Source: a virus
Lineage: Duplodnaviria; Caudoviricetes
Virus record (IMG/VR): IMGVR_UViG_3300001534_000001
Span: 1-53,460 of that record
Length of the DNA: 53,460 nt
Direction: 5' to 3' (one strand)
Position 1 is the first letter of the stretch; each line of letters starts with the position of its first letter. Of the stretch, positions 19,201 to 29,208 are shown piece by piece. The notes beneath the pieces were generated by a model. That model worked only from the letters and a program-made list of their open reading frames with translations, made no database searches and was not told the origin of the DNA. A program made the position numbers and the translations under genes.

Positions 19201-22200
19201 TTAGAAGCTGTTTATTTGAAGCTGAATCGTAATCGGTGAACTAACTGTTGCTGGTAAAGTAAACGTAAATGCCGGATATGTCGATGTTATTACCTGGCTA
19301 TCAACTACCACACCATTCACTACAAGATCACCTTTAACGTGCCCTGTAGGGTACGGCGTGCCGCTGAACTGAACTATTATAGTCCCGGCAGTTTGTGTTG
19401 TATATATCGCCGATAATGTACTTCCCGATGGCACGTTTGCTGTACCAAAAGCCGAAGGTGTACCTGTCGATGTTCCGTTAACAATACTCACCACTTTAAC
19501 ATTGTAAGAAGCCAGTATTTCCCAATATGACCCAACAGGTGGCGTAGGCAACGGACATGCTGTTAAGTTGGCAATAGGCGCAATATAATTACTATTTACC
19601 GCAGTATCATACAGTGGTGTCCATACCCCTGCTGTCTTTTTGTAAAGTTGGTTTGCAGGCATATTATACCAAACATCACCATTTGAACCACCCGAAGGAG
19701 TCACATTTGTTGCCTGGTTGTAAACTATCCCAGCTGTATTCGGAACCAATGCCTCCGGTGAAATAATTGGGGAATTTGGCATTGTAAGCCCGGTTACAGC
19801 ATTGGTGTCGGTATAATACTGCTGCAATATCGCCCAGCCCTGCTGACCGTTGTTAGCACCTAATCCCTGTAAACAGTAAACACTTGCAGTCATTATCTGC
19901 CATGCGGTAGCCCGTACCGGCGGCACAATAACAGTAAAACAAAAGTTCATTACCGGCGTAAGCGTAGTATCCGGCTTAGTCCCCTGAAATTTAAAGTAAT
20001 CATTACCAAGCGTATTTGTCCCGGTAACTGTAATTAAATCGCCTGTAACTGTTGCGGTGCTGTTGGCTGGCTGTTGTGTGATTGCCCATGTAGTGCCCGA
20101 TGGATAAGCTGCAATAGCTGTCGCCCAATCCGAAACGTTAATGTTATTATTAAACAGGTATTGAATAAAGTCAGGCACCGTCCATATTACCTCGCCGTTT
20201 GGCTTATCAAATCCTCCCGGTATTTGCAATCCGTGTGTTTGAGCAAAACTTAACAATTGCTTTGCCCGTTTATCGTAAAAGAATATTTCAGATATTGGGA
20301 TTGAGCCATCCTGCCCGATACGAAGGAATACACCTGAATTCGCTGATGGGATATACATAAAATCGCCGTCCTCCACAAAACCTTCCGGGTTATCTCCTAT
20401 GCCGCCCTCCCATTCCGAATAACTTAACTCGTTCAATAATTGGTCAGAGGTGGCCAATGTTTGATTCCCGGCATTATCTACGATTATTTTCTGCAATACG
20501 TGCGTCCATGTATTTTTCAGTTGTTTGAATAAATACAATACGCCCCGTTTGAACTTAGCCAGCGTCAAGCCGCCATACGGGTCATTGTAATCCATATAAT
20601 CCAACTCGTCAAAGTCATTCAGCCCGTTTACCTGTGTATCCTGAATAAAGTTGTTGGAGAAGCGCACCCGCTGGTTAAATGTCACCTGCCCGTTACCCTG
20701 CTGCTGCGGGTAAACCTTGCCTATATTATAGAGATTACTTGCATAAAAATCATTAAAATTCGGATCACATATTTTATCAATTATCGTCTGGGGGTTTGGG
20801 TTCTGGTTGTTTGACGGCATCGCCCGGTTACGCACCCATGCGTCGCCGTTGGTAACCTGAATGATTGCAGGTGTAGTTACCGGATTAGCGGGATCCTGGT
20901 TTGGCGTGCCTGAACCATTGGTGAGGTTGCCGATATGAGAAGCGCTGGTTGTTCCCCAATTTAAAATAGGAAACTTCTGCTGAAAGTCCTGAAATATCTG
21001 GAAACTTTGATTATTTATGTTTTGCTGGGGCCGGATCACCTCAACCTTGCACATATTATTTATCGTAATGGTTGACGGTGGTAAATTTATACGCATTACA
21101 CCCCGCGTATCTTTTATGGTATAGTTTGGATAAACTACCGTTGCTAACGGGCTTGAATGGTAGTCTGGATTTGGGTTTATAATTTCATCGAGAACGTATG
21201 TTCCGCCAGATACACTATTTATAGTTCGCTGTATGTTACCGATTATAATGTATTTACCAACAAAACCAGCAACTACACCGTCAGAAGGGGTAACGACTGC
21301 TGTTCCCCCAACAATAGATATACTTGCATTCCTGAATTGTTCTTCATCAATGGTATATCCCAATATTTCCGTTTCAAATATTGGCGTATAGGGTGTCGGC
21401 GGCACGGTGCTTTCATCCGAAATAAGCCTTAGCCTGTCGCCCCTGCTGAACTGATACGCCAATATAGTATCCGGGTGAACCTTCTGATAAGTAAACAAAC
21501 TACCTACAATCAGATCAAGATATGAATTCTCATTTGCTACCTGTACAATATTTACCTGCTGTATTAAAAGCTGAATAAATGTCTGCGGCCCTGCTGTACG
21601 TACCAACCGGTAATATTTAGCCCAAATCGGCGGCAGGTGCATAACAGATATAGTAACTACCGGCAACTGTAACCCTATCGGGGTTGTTTGTCCTGGAAGT
21701 ATAGATGTTTCAAAAGGGATATTCACCAGGCAATTATCGGATGTATTGCCTAATCCTGTCCGCCCGTCATCGTCTTCATAAACAAAAGCATACTTTTCTA
21801 CAGAACCCATTTTTTTAGTGTTCTGTGAACTGCCATTATCAAGCAGTGTTATTCTGTTTACCTTATTAGGAGTTGCCCCGGCAAACGTTATGGCGTTCCG
21901 GCCTTCGTGTGATCTAATACCAAACGTCCATGATACATTGCCGGGTCCATCTGTACTTTCACCCGAGATGCCTGCCCCTCCGGCGTTATCAAGCCCCCGG
22001 AGCCATTGTTTAATTGCGCTGGCTATAGTTGTAGCTGAATCAGCTATTCCCGCCGTAATAGAGAATCTGGTTGTACCACTTTCACCATTAACAAATACGG
22101 TAAAAATATTCCCGCTTATTACGTCATTACCAACAATGAAATAAGTTACCGTAGAAAAATAAGAATTACCCCAAATACCATGGCCTGTACCTGTTACGCT

Positions 22201-23385
22201 CATTGTAGTAACCGTAAGGATTGGGCTGTTTAGCCCTGATACCGTATCAGGTGGCAGGTTAAATGGAATAAATGTGAGTGCTATACTCGCATTAACAGGT
22301 ACGGAGGGGAACCCTTCATAAAAATTACCTTTGATTAGGGCAATCTTTACCAATGCCTGTATTTTAGATACACGCGGATCGAAACTGAATTGTCTGGCAA
22401 CCTTTCCCTGGTCCAGGTCACCATACGAACCATCATTATAAAATGTGTAGGTATAGTTGCCATTATCAGGAATTAATAACTCTGCTTTATTCAGGATAAT
22501 CATGCTCACCCACGGAATAGAAACATTCTCTGTCCCAATAATAAGTGGAGAAATTGAGGTCGATAGCATACCAATCTCAAGTTTAACCACCAGTTTACTA
22601 CCAGTACCTATCATTACCTGTATGGCGTTATTGGTAAATGTTGCACCGCTGGCTCCCTGAAAGTCTTCATTCGGCGCAATAGGCACTCCGCTCATATCAC
22701 TCCAATTGCCAATTTCATTATCATCATAATACGGACGTACAATAAACTTAAATTGCTGTCCGTAAACAAAATTACTCGTCCGGTTGGTATCTGTTAAATA
22801 AACAGCCGTTGGCGCATATACCATTGTTTGCTTATACGCGGTTATAAAGTCTTCGCTAATCACAGGGCCATAGCCTGTCGATGTTTTATCCAGGCACTTT
22901 TGAATATTGGTTTTACGATCTTTATTTAAGCCGTCAACCCAATAGATAAGCGTGTTTTGCTGGTTGGTTACGTCATTCTGTACGTAAGTAAGATCAACAT
23001 GACAAATGGGATGGTTAATGTCGAACTTTAAAATATCAACATTATTGGTATCTATTAGGTTTTGGATAACAGGGGTAACATTCAACGTTAGTGCGTCAAA
23101 CATATAAATGCCGTGATATGCCTGGTCATTGTAATTGAAGTAATAAATCTTGCCGTTCTGTAAATCTACGCCGTATCCAAGCCCTGTGTTATTGCCAGTG
23201 GCATATCCGGCAGCTATCAGTAAATTACCAAGAATGTTTGTGCCGAGCCCTTTATCACCCAATGAGGTGCGCCGGAAGTTTAAGGCATAAGGAGTTCTCG
23301 AATTTCTAAAGTATTCTTTGGCCGTATCGGAATCAGATCCCTCGGTGAACAGGTGAATATCGGTATCTTTCTTAGGTGCTTCCAT
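19201..23385 (-). CDS. Large tail stabilisation/muzzle-like protein
   Basis: 1394 aa, beta-rich; LIYWVDGLN..RKTN, YAFVYEDDDGR and RVRFS..FIQDTQVNGLNDF motifs; follows ring-like genes. Confidence 0.65.
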   Translation of the reverse strand: MEAPKKDTDIHLFTEGSDSDTAKEYFRNSRTPYALNFRRTSLGDKGLGTNILGNLLIAAGYATGNNTGLGYGVDLQNGKIYYFNYNDQAYHGIYMFDALTLNVTPVIQNLIDTNNVDILKFDINHPICHVDLTYVQNDVTNQQNTLIYWVDGLNKDRKTNIQKCLDKTSTGYGPVISEDFITAYKQTMVYAPTAVYLTDTNRTSNFVYGQQFKFIVRPYYDDNEIGNWSDMSGVPIAPNEDFQGASGATFTNNAIQVMIGTGSKLVVKLEIGMLSTSISPLIIGTENVSIPWVSMIILNKAELLIPDNGNYTYTFYNDGSYGDLDQGKVARQFSFDPRVSKIQALVKIALIKGNFYEGFPSVPVNASIALTFIPFNLPPDTVSGLNSPILTVTTMSVTGTGHGIWGNSYFSTVTYFIVGNDVISGNIFTVFVNGESGTTRFSITAGIADSATTIASAIKQWLRGLDNAGGAGISGESTDGPGNVSWTFGIRSHEGRNAITFAGATPNKVNRITLLDNGSSQNTKKMGSVEKYAFVYEDDDGRTGLGNTSDNCLVNIPFETSILPGQTTPIGLQLPVVTISVMHLPPIWAKYYRLVRTAGPQTFIQLLIQQVNIVQVANENSYLDLIVGSLFTYQKVHPDTILAYQFSRGDRLRLISDESTVPPTPYTPIFETEILGYTIDEEQFRNASISIVGGTAVVTPSDGVVAGFVGKYIIIGNIQRTINSVSGGTYVLDEIINPNPDYHSSPLATVVYPNYTIKDTRGVMRINLPPSTITINNMCKVEVIRPQQNINNQSFQIFQDFQQKFPILNWGTTSASHIGNLTNGSGTPNQDPANPVTTPAIIQVTNGDAWVRNRAMPSNNQNPNPQTIIDKICDPNFNDFYASNLYNIGKVYPQQQGNGQVTFNQRVRFSNNFIQDTQVNGLNDFDELDYMDYNDPYGGLTLAKFKRGVLYLFKQLKNTWTHVLQKIIVDNAGNQTLATSDQLLNELSYSEWEGGIGDNPEGFVEDGDFMYIPSANSGVFLRIGQDGSIPISEIFFYDKRAKQLLSFAQTHGLQIPGGFDKPNGEVIWTVPDFIQYLFNNNINVSDWATAIAAYPSGTTWAITQQPANSTATVTGDLITVTGTNTLGNDYFKFQGTKPDTTLTPVMNFCFTVIVPPVRATAWQIMTASVYCLQGLGANNGQQGWAILQQYYTDTNAVTGLTMPNSPIISPEALVPNTAGIVYNQATNVTPSGGSNGDVWYNMPANQLYKKTAGVWTPLYDTAVNSNYIAPIANLTACPLPTPPVGSYWEILASYNVKVVSIVNGTSTGTPSAFGTANVPSGSTLSAIYTTQTAGTIIVQFSGTPYPTGHVKGDLVVNGVVVDSQVITSTYPAFTFTLPATVSSPITIQLQINSF

Positions 23386-23388
23386 AAA

Positions 23389-24144
23389 TTAATACCGACC
23401 CGCACGATCTGTGCTTTTAAAAAGGTGAGCAAGGTACTCCGGGCTTCTCCAACTGTACAGCCTTTTTACCCTGTAATAATCCTCTTTGGCCTTCCGTTCA
23501 AAGTCGGCAGCTAAAGAAGGTTTATCTATTTCGTAAAAATATTTCTTTGCTTCATTTTCCAGGTATGGTACAATTTCAGTCGGCACCAGTTTAAACCCTT
23601 CTTTGGATATTCCATTGCTTTTATACTCAATCACGATTTCAGCGTCAGCGGGGATCTTGCTGCCAATATTCAATACACCATCAACAATATTATACCACTC
23701 ATGTGTGTGGAACCCACAACCCATACCGTACATTTCACCGACAACGGCACCCCCGCGCTGAAGGTTGTAAAACGGCATCCATAAGTCAGGAGTGATTGAG
23801 CCGTCACAATAACCGTTAATGATGTTTTGCGTCTGTGTATCGGTATATTTATTATTTTGTAGCCGCAGGTTTCGGTTTAGGTCAAGTGTGATGAAATGGC
23901 CTTTATGAATGTATCCGACCTTTGTTTCATAAACGAAGTTGCAGGGTAATTCAAATTGAACCTCGCCGTTAACCGGGTATATCTGCCCCTCCACTTCAAT
24001 TTCAGGGCAAACATAAAGGTTCAGCTTTTTATGGGCTTTCAGTAATTTCTTTTGAAAGCGCAGGTGATGGCGCTCCAAAGAATCCCCGATGTCCTCGCAG
24101 AAGTCACTGGCTATAATCGAAATTGATTCAAGGGCTCTGCTCAT
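23389..24144 (-). CDS. Putative tail ring/adaptor protein
   Basis: 251 aa, ELPCNFV...IVIEYKS pattern; position in the tail block. Confidence 0.5.
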   Translation of the reverse strand: MSRALESISIIASDFCEDIGDSLERHHLRFQKKLLKAHKKLNLYVCPEIEVEGQIYPVNGEVQFELPCNFVYETKVGYIHKGHFITLDLNRNLRLQNNKYTDTQTQNIINGYCDGSITPDLWMPFYNLQRGGAVVGEMYGMGCGFHTHEWYNIVDGVLNIGSKIPADAEIVIEYKSNGISKEGFKLVPTEIVPYLENEAKKYFYEIDKPSLAADFERKAKEDYYRVKRLYSWRSPEYLAHLFKSTDRAGRY

Positions 24145-24146
24145 GG

Positions 24147-24767
24147 TTAATTTACGTCAGTTTTATCGTCTGTCTTTTTGGCAAGCGTATTGCGCTGCGG
24201 GGAGAACCATTCAACACATTTATCCAATGCCATGCTTTCAAGGCTGGCAGGTAATGGTAAAATATCTGTATCAAGCAATACATCGCTATCAACTACCATT
24301 ACCAGGTTCACATTTGTAGCAAGGCCACTATTAAACAAATATATGCCCTGTTGCTCCGGCCTGTAATATTTAGCCCCGGTAAATATTTCTTTATAATGAT
24401 TGATTGTCCTTAAACCATTATCAGAAAGTGGCTTGTAGGTATTGCCATCACCGTCCTCAACGGTGCGTATGCCCTCATTGCCCCAAAATGCTATTGTCGC
24501 CTTTGGATAAGCAATGTATTTCCAGTTGTGTCGGTTGGTGTCGGTTAAAATGGTAAGGTTATCGTAGAACCCGTAATACAGCGAAGACATATCCCTGTCG
24601 CCTTCCTGCTGTAAACGGATATTCCTTTCGGCTTGTAGCACATAGTTAACAGCGGTTGGCAAATAGGAACGAATATCAGCCCTGCGAATAACTGAACTAT
24701 CATTAAGCACCCCGCCGTTTAGCTTCAATAAAACTTGCTCAATAAATTTGCCTTTAGTGTAAGCCAT
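24147..24767 (-). CDS. Putative tail ring/adaptor protein
   Basis: 206 aa; coupled to neighbours; function inferred from position. Confidence 0.5.
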   Translation of the reverse strand: MAYTKGKFIEQVLLKLNGGVLNDSSVIRRADIRSYLPTAVNYVLQAERNIRLQQEGDRDMSSLYYGFYDNLTILTDTNRHNWKYIAYPKATIAFWGNEGIRTVEDGDGNTYKPLSDNGLRTINHYKEIFTGAKYYRPEQQGIYLFNSGLATNVNLVMVVDSDVLLDTDILPLPASLESMALDKCVEWFSPQRNTLAKKTDDKTDVN

Positions 24768-24769
24768 AA

Positions 24770-25483
24770 TTAACCTAATTTACGTGCATCGTACCCCTGA
24801 AAATCACTCATTTTTGTGCGGATCATTTCTTTTGTTATACCCATTTCGGCATACTGAATCAACATGTTTTCTTTCACTTCTACGCCGTATTGCTCCAATA
24901 CCATGTACAAAAGCAAATTAAACATTTGTACCGGCCATCCTAAATCTGTACCCACCGTTGGGATGACGTAATCCCCGTTACTGTCAGATGTTGGCGTTAA
25001 TACTATCGTGGCGGCTGGCACCTGCTTGTAATACCGCATATTAACAACTATTGCAGCAACCTCCGGTGAAACATATAATGTCCCCGCCATAAAATAGTAG
25101 TTATTTTCATTGGGTGCTGTTGCATTACTGCCCCGTATAGGGCTTGTAGCACTCATATCAATCTCACTGGTACGTAATTTGATGCCGGGATACTTCTTAC
25201 CGCCCGCCACAAATGAAAGGCTGTCAATGTGCAAATAGTCAGAAGGAAAGGTTATTGAGCCATCGGAAGCGGTAGTTAAATTGCCGGAGGTTTTTTTAAG
25301 CCAACTTAAAGCATCAGATACTTTTTGATTTTCCTCGGCAACCTCAATCAGTAATTCAGCCAATGACTTCTGTACCGAATCTATCTTACCATTAAAGCTG
25401 GCAGCGTCATCCATACCTGAAGTGCCTGCTTTTGCAAGTCCCATCATGCGATACCAAAGGTTAACAATACTCGCAGTTGCCAT
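24770..25483 (-). CDS. Putative head-tail adaptor/ring protein
   Basis: Likely start MATASIV at 25483; FPSDYLH...LYVSP...MRYYKQVP pattern seen in tubular/adaptor proteins. Confidence 0.55.
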   Translation of the reverse strand: MATASIVNLWYRMMGLAKAGTSGMDDAASFNGKIDSVQKSLAELLIEVAEENQKVSDALSWLKKTSGNLTTASDGSITFPSDYLHIDSLSFVAGGKKYPGIKLRTSEIDMSATSPIRGSNATAPNENNYYFMAGTLYVSPEVAAIVVNMRYYKQVPAATIVLTPTSDSNGDYVIPTVGTDLGWPVQMFNLLLYMVLEQYGVEVKENMLIQYAEMGITKEMIRTKMSDFQGYDARKLG

Positions 25484-25554
25484 TAATAGTATTTTTTTGT
25501 TAAAAATAACTACTTTTATTGAATTTATTATCAATTCTTAAAAATCCCATTAAA

Positions 25555-26634
25555 ATGGACGATAAAAACCCACCAACAGGCCCATCAGTTTATAAGTCAA
25601 TGGTACATAAACAACCCATAAAAGATGAATCACAGAAAAAAACAGCCGATGCCGATGATAAAGCCGAAGTTAAACGCGGCCCTGTATCAAAGTTTATCGA
25701 AACAAACTTCCTTCACTTTAATGCAATATCCCTTGTTGAAGCTGCCAAAGCCTACGAAGAACACATAGAGAATGGCGGTAAAATGATGATCACCCTCGGT
25801 GGCGCCATGTCAACAGGTGAGTTGGGTATCACCCTGGCTGAAATGATCCGGCAGGATAAGGTACAAATCATCAGCTGTACCGGCGCAAATCTGGAAGAAG
25901 ATATTATGAACTTGGTAGCGCATAGCCATTATAAGCGCGAACCCGATTACCGTACCTTATCAGCGCCGGAAGAAAAGGGATTACTTAAAGAGGGGTTTAA
26001 CCGGGTAACCGATACCTGTATCCCCGATGGTGCGGCAATGAAGTGGATGGAAGAACATTTAAGCAAGTTATGGAAGGCAAGCAAAGAGCCAAAATTCCCG
26101 CATGAATATATGTATGAGTTGCTTTTAAGTGGAGAAATGAAAAAGCAATATGAAATAGATCCTAAAAACTCATGGATGCTGGCCGCTGCGGAAAAGAACC
26201 TGCCAATAGTCGTTCCGGGGTGGGAGGATAGTTCGGCCGGCAATATGTTCGCGGCGGGCGTTATTCGGAAGGAATTTACACCGGACATTATGAAGGGTGG
26301 TATCGACTACTTTACATGGCTGGCTGACTGGTATCCAAAAAACGCAAAAAAACCAGGGATTGGTTTCTTTCAGGTCGGCGGCGGTATCGCCGGGGACTTC
26401 CCTATCTGCGTCGTTCCGTTTCTGAATCAGGAAATGAAAAAGAAAGATACACCTGTATGGGCGTACTTCTGCCAGGTATCAGATAGTACCACCTCTTATG
26501 GCTCTTATTCCGGGGCCGTGCCAAACGAAAAGATTACCTGGGGTAAGTTAGCCGTCAATACACCAAAGTTTATTGTAGAGAGCGACGCTACTATCGTAGT
26601 GCCATTAATTTTTGCATACGTGCTTAAACAATAA
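25555..26634 (+). CDS. Deoxyhypusine synthase family protein (DHS/homospermidine-synthase-like)
   Basis: ITLGGAMSTGELG, ISCTGANLEED, GFNRV, QVGGGIAGDF, SYSGAVPNEKITWGK with the catalytic Lys position retained. ATG at 25555. Confidence 0.92.
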   Translation: MDDKNPPTGPSVYKSMVHKQPIKDESQKKTADADDKAEVKRGPVSKFIETNFLHFNAISLVEAAKAYEEHIENGGKMMITLGGAMSTGELGITLAEMIRQDKVQIISCTGANLEEDIMNLVAHSHYKREPDYRTLSAPEEKGLLKEGFNRVTDTCIPDGAAMKWMEEHLSKLWKASKEPKFPHEYMYELLLSGEMKKQYEIDPKNSWMLAAAEKNLPIVVPGWEDSSAGNMFAAGVIRKEFTPDIMKGGIDYFTWLADWYPKNAKKPGIGFFQVGGGIAGDFPICVVPFLNQEMKKKDTPVWAYFCQVSDSTTSYGSYSGAVPNEKITWGKLAVNTPKFIVESDATIVVPLIFAYVLKQ

Positions 26635-26638
26635 TCCA

Positions 26639-26773
26639 ATGGGTAAAAAGAAACTTAAAAAAAAGTTTAAGCGGCTTAAAAAAAAACTTGAACTTATTAA
26701 TGAAAATGTGATGGGCATCACAAATTTGCTTCGTCATGTTGATGAACTGGTAAACGAACAAATAAACCCTTAA
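26639..26773 (+). CDS. Lysine-rich 44-aa peptide MGKKKLKKKFKRLKKKLELINENVMGITNLLRHVDELVNEQINP
   Basis: Manual translation; starts 4 nt after the DHS stop and fills the gap to the next gene. Confidence 0.55.
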   Translation: MGKKKLKKKFKRLKKKLELINENVMGITNLLRHVDELVNEQINP

Positions 26774-26785
26774 AATAAAAATATC

Positions 26786-27214
26786 ATGGATGGATCAAAC
26801 TTTGGGCCAAAACCGCCCGACAAAACAGCAATGACGAACGCTGCCACGTATAAAAAGATTAAAACACCGGTAATTGATACCGCTGGTAAAAAACCTGCCG
26901 GAGGACTTGCCAATGACCCAAATAAACCACTGTCACCAACAAACCCGTTGATGGTACAAAAAAAAGACGGTTCAATAGGTCAATGGGGCAATCCTGTACC
27001 ACCAAATACAAACCAGGCTAAAATAACATTAGGGCCTAACAGTGATTTTGCGCCAAATGAGATCACCCAACAACATTATGATTACATAAAAAACAAAGAG
27101 CCAACAATACCTGTTCCTCAAAAACAAGGAGAGGGGTATCAACCATCGCTTCGTAATGAGCAGGCTGATCATGTTAGATCATTAATGAAAAAATACCCAT
27201 TGCCAACAAAATAA
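26786..27214 (+). CDS. Hypothetical Pro/Lys-rich protein
   Basis: 142 aa; A-rich leader AAAATATC-ATG. Confidence 0.6.
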   Translation: MDGSNFGPKPPDKTAMTNAATYKKIKTPVIDTAGKKPAGGLANDPNKPLSPTNPLMVQKKDGSIGQWGNPVPPNTNQAKITLGPNSDFAPNEITQQHYDYIKNKEPTIPVPQKQGEGYQPSLRNEQADHVRSLMKKYPLPTK

Positions 27215-27238
27215 ATTTTTAACTTAATAAAAAAAATC

Positions 27239-27814
27239 ATGCCAACAGAAACAGTACCAGGCGGACAGGAAGTAAACAATAATCCTGACACAACGCCACA
27301 AACTCCGTTTGTACCTGAAACACCGCAGCCGGAAGTACCAACACCAGGTTTTCCACCTATTGAAACTACGCCGCCGCAGGAAACATCTTTCATTCCGGGA
27401 GCACCGCCGATAGATATATCACATGCGGGGTATCCACCAGTGTATAACCAGGATGGCCAACCATTCCATGAGGCGGAAACACCGCTGCCTACTGGAGTGC
27501 CATTTACATACGGATCGCCACAAACTACTAATCCTACGGTTGATCATCCGCTGGCTGAATACCCTGCCGGAGCAGAAATAACTCACGCACCATTTGATTA
27601 TACCAACAAGGTTCGGTTAAGCCAAAACGATGCTGATGCAGTTGATAAACAACTTGCTATTGTAGCGGTTAATGATTCAAGGGTTTTGAATCATTATAAA
27701 CAGAATTTACTCAAAGGGATCAATTTTGATAACCTTGATGGCCAGTATGCCGACCTGCTGCGCCGTATATTAAAAGCGCGTGGTATGGGCGGCGCTTATG
27801 ATGGGGGACTATAA
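27239..27814 (+). CDS. Hypothetical protein with Pro/Thr/Glu-rich disordered N-terminus
   Basis: 191 aa; A-rich leader; followed by terminator hairpins. Confidence 0.6.
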   Translation: MPTETVPGGQEVNNNPDTTPQTPFVPETPQPEVPTPGFPPIETTPPQETSFIPGAPPIDISHAGYPPVYNQDGQPFHEAETPLPTGVPFTYGSPQTTNPTVDHPLAEYPAGAEITHAPFDYTNKVRLSQNDADAVDKQLAIVAVNDSRVLNHYKQNLLKGINFDNLDGQYADLLRRILKARGMGGAYDGGL

Positions 27815-27865
27815 GTAAGGTAATTTTACCTTTTTTTTGTATTTTCAGCTATAAACATAATAAAT

Positions 27866-27893
27866 AAGCCCCGGTAATTTTACCGGGGCTTTT
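27866..27893. terminator. Bidirectional intrinsic terminator between convergent units
   Basis: AAGCCCCGGTAA-TT-TTACCGGGGCTT hairpin with A/T tracts; a smaller AAGGTAATTTTACCTT hairpin with T-tract at 27817-27838. Confidence 0.8.
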
Positions 27894-27954
27894 CTGTGTC
27901 AGACTACGATAGTTTCACGCCTTTCAAGACACATCTTCACGGCTCTACGCCAGT

Positions 27955-29196
27955 TTATGCGTTTGCTTCCATTTTAAATCCCTCCAATGCCTCATTTATA
28001 TTTTCAAGGGTGATGTTCCCGTTTTTTATTTCCTCAATGAACTTTGAAGCCAGCGCCGGAGTTTTCTTGCCGATGTGTACGCCTAAGAACGCCTGTGCTG
28101 ATTTATAGTCGGTGGGTAGTTCGGTAATTTCAGCGCCATTGTCAATATCATTTACCTCTATTTTGTCGCCCTGAACATCTGGAACCGGTGACTGCATAAC
28201 TTGACGCTCATATTCGCGGGGTGACATTTCACGACTTGCCTCACGCATCATAGCCAGCACATCAACACCTTCCAACTCCTTAGTGATATTCACCTTTGCC
28301 GCCATTCCCTTGCGGGTTTCCATTAAAGCAGGCAGGAACTCATTCAACACCCCAGGCATCTGCTGTACGTGCGTAATCAATGCCTGATGGGTATTGCCTA
28401 CGCTGGTTGGCAACTCAACGATAAGCTGGTCCATCTTCGGCCCCAATGCCCATTTCCAGCGTTTAATGTTCTGTCCCTGATCAAGCACGAAGATACCCTT
28501 ATCAATACCGTCCAATATCAAGCCCTCAACCTGGTTAACTGTTGACTGTATCTTTTCCATGTATAACTTAGGGTTGTCATTGGCAAACTGCATCATTGCA
28601 GCACGTACCTGTATTGGCTCCATAGCGTGAACGCCGCCGATACGTAAACCTTTAGCCAGTACGATCATTTCATCAAGTGGCACCTGGCTTGCATGGTTGG
28701 TAGCTTTTATACGCGCTTCAAGTATTGCGATCTGCGCATTAGCTTTAGCCTCGTCGTTCTGGAACTCATATTCAAACGGCTTGTTGAAGTACTGCTGTCC
28801 TTCCAGCCTGAAGGGGCTTTGCTTATTGAAGAAGTGCAGGTAATAATAAACGGCCTTATCCTGATCTTCAGCCAAAAACACAGCCTTACCATCGAATTGT
28901 ACCTTCTTTGGCACATACTTCTCTGTACGGCCTTCGGTAGCCTTGTCCGGGGTAGCATTGGTGCAGTACCGTATCTCTACAACTTCGCCGTTTGCCTTGC
29001 GTACCCGGAACTCTGCCGGGAACTCCATCCCCTGCCGGTTCTTGCGTGACATAGGCCCATTTGCAGGGTCTTTGTAAATTAATTCCGGGTTGATCTCAAA
29101 AAGTGGCTTTTTGAGTATCTTGTCAAGCGGTATCGTTACACCGAGTGTTTTCCCAATTTCACTTAGGATAACTTGTTTTTTGTTAATGAGTATCAA
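27955..29196 (-). CDS. Conserved head-module protein of unknown function
   Basis: 413 aa, TTG start uncertain. The segment MIVLAKGL...VRAAMMQFANDNPKLYM...LILDGIDKGIF resembles proteins encoded after crAss-like capsid genes. Confidence 0.5.
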   Translation of the reverse strand: MILINKKQVILSEIGKTLGVTIPLDKILKKPLFEINPELIYKDPANGPMSRKNRQGMEFPAEFRVRKANGEVVEIRYCTNATPDKATEGRTEKYVPKKVQFDGKAVFLAEDQDKAVYYYLHFFNKQSPFRLEGQQYFNKPFEYEFQNDEAKANAQIAILEARIKATNHASQVPLDEMIVLAKGLRIGGVHAMEPIQVRAAMMQFANDNPKLYMEKIQSTVNQVEGLILDGIDKGIFVLDQGQNIKRWKWALGPKMDQLIVELPTSVGNTHQALITHVQQMPGVLNEFLPALMETRKGMAAKVNITKELEGVDVLAMMREASREMSPREYERQVMQSPVPDVQGDKIEVNDIDNGAEITELPTDYKSAQAFLGVHIGKKTPALASKFIEEIKNGNITLENINEALEGFKMEANA

Positions 29197-29208
29197 AATT
29201 GTATGTAT

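Noticed and set aside
2437-24366. Numerous plus-strand ORFs opposite the structural genes
   Set aside because: Antisense shadows rich in S/L/F with no motifs or expression signals.
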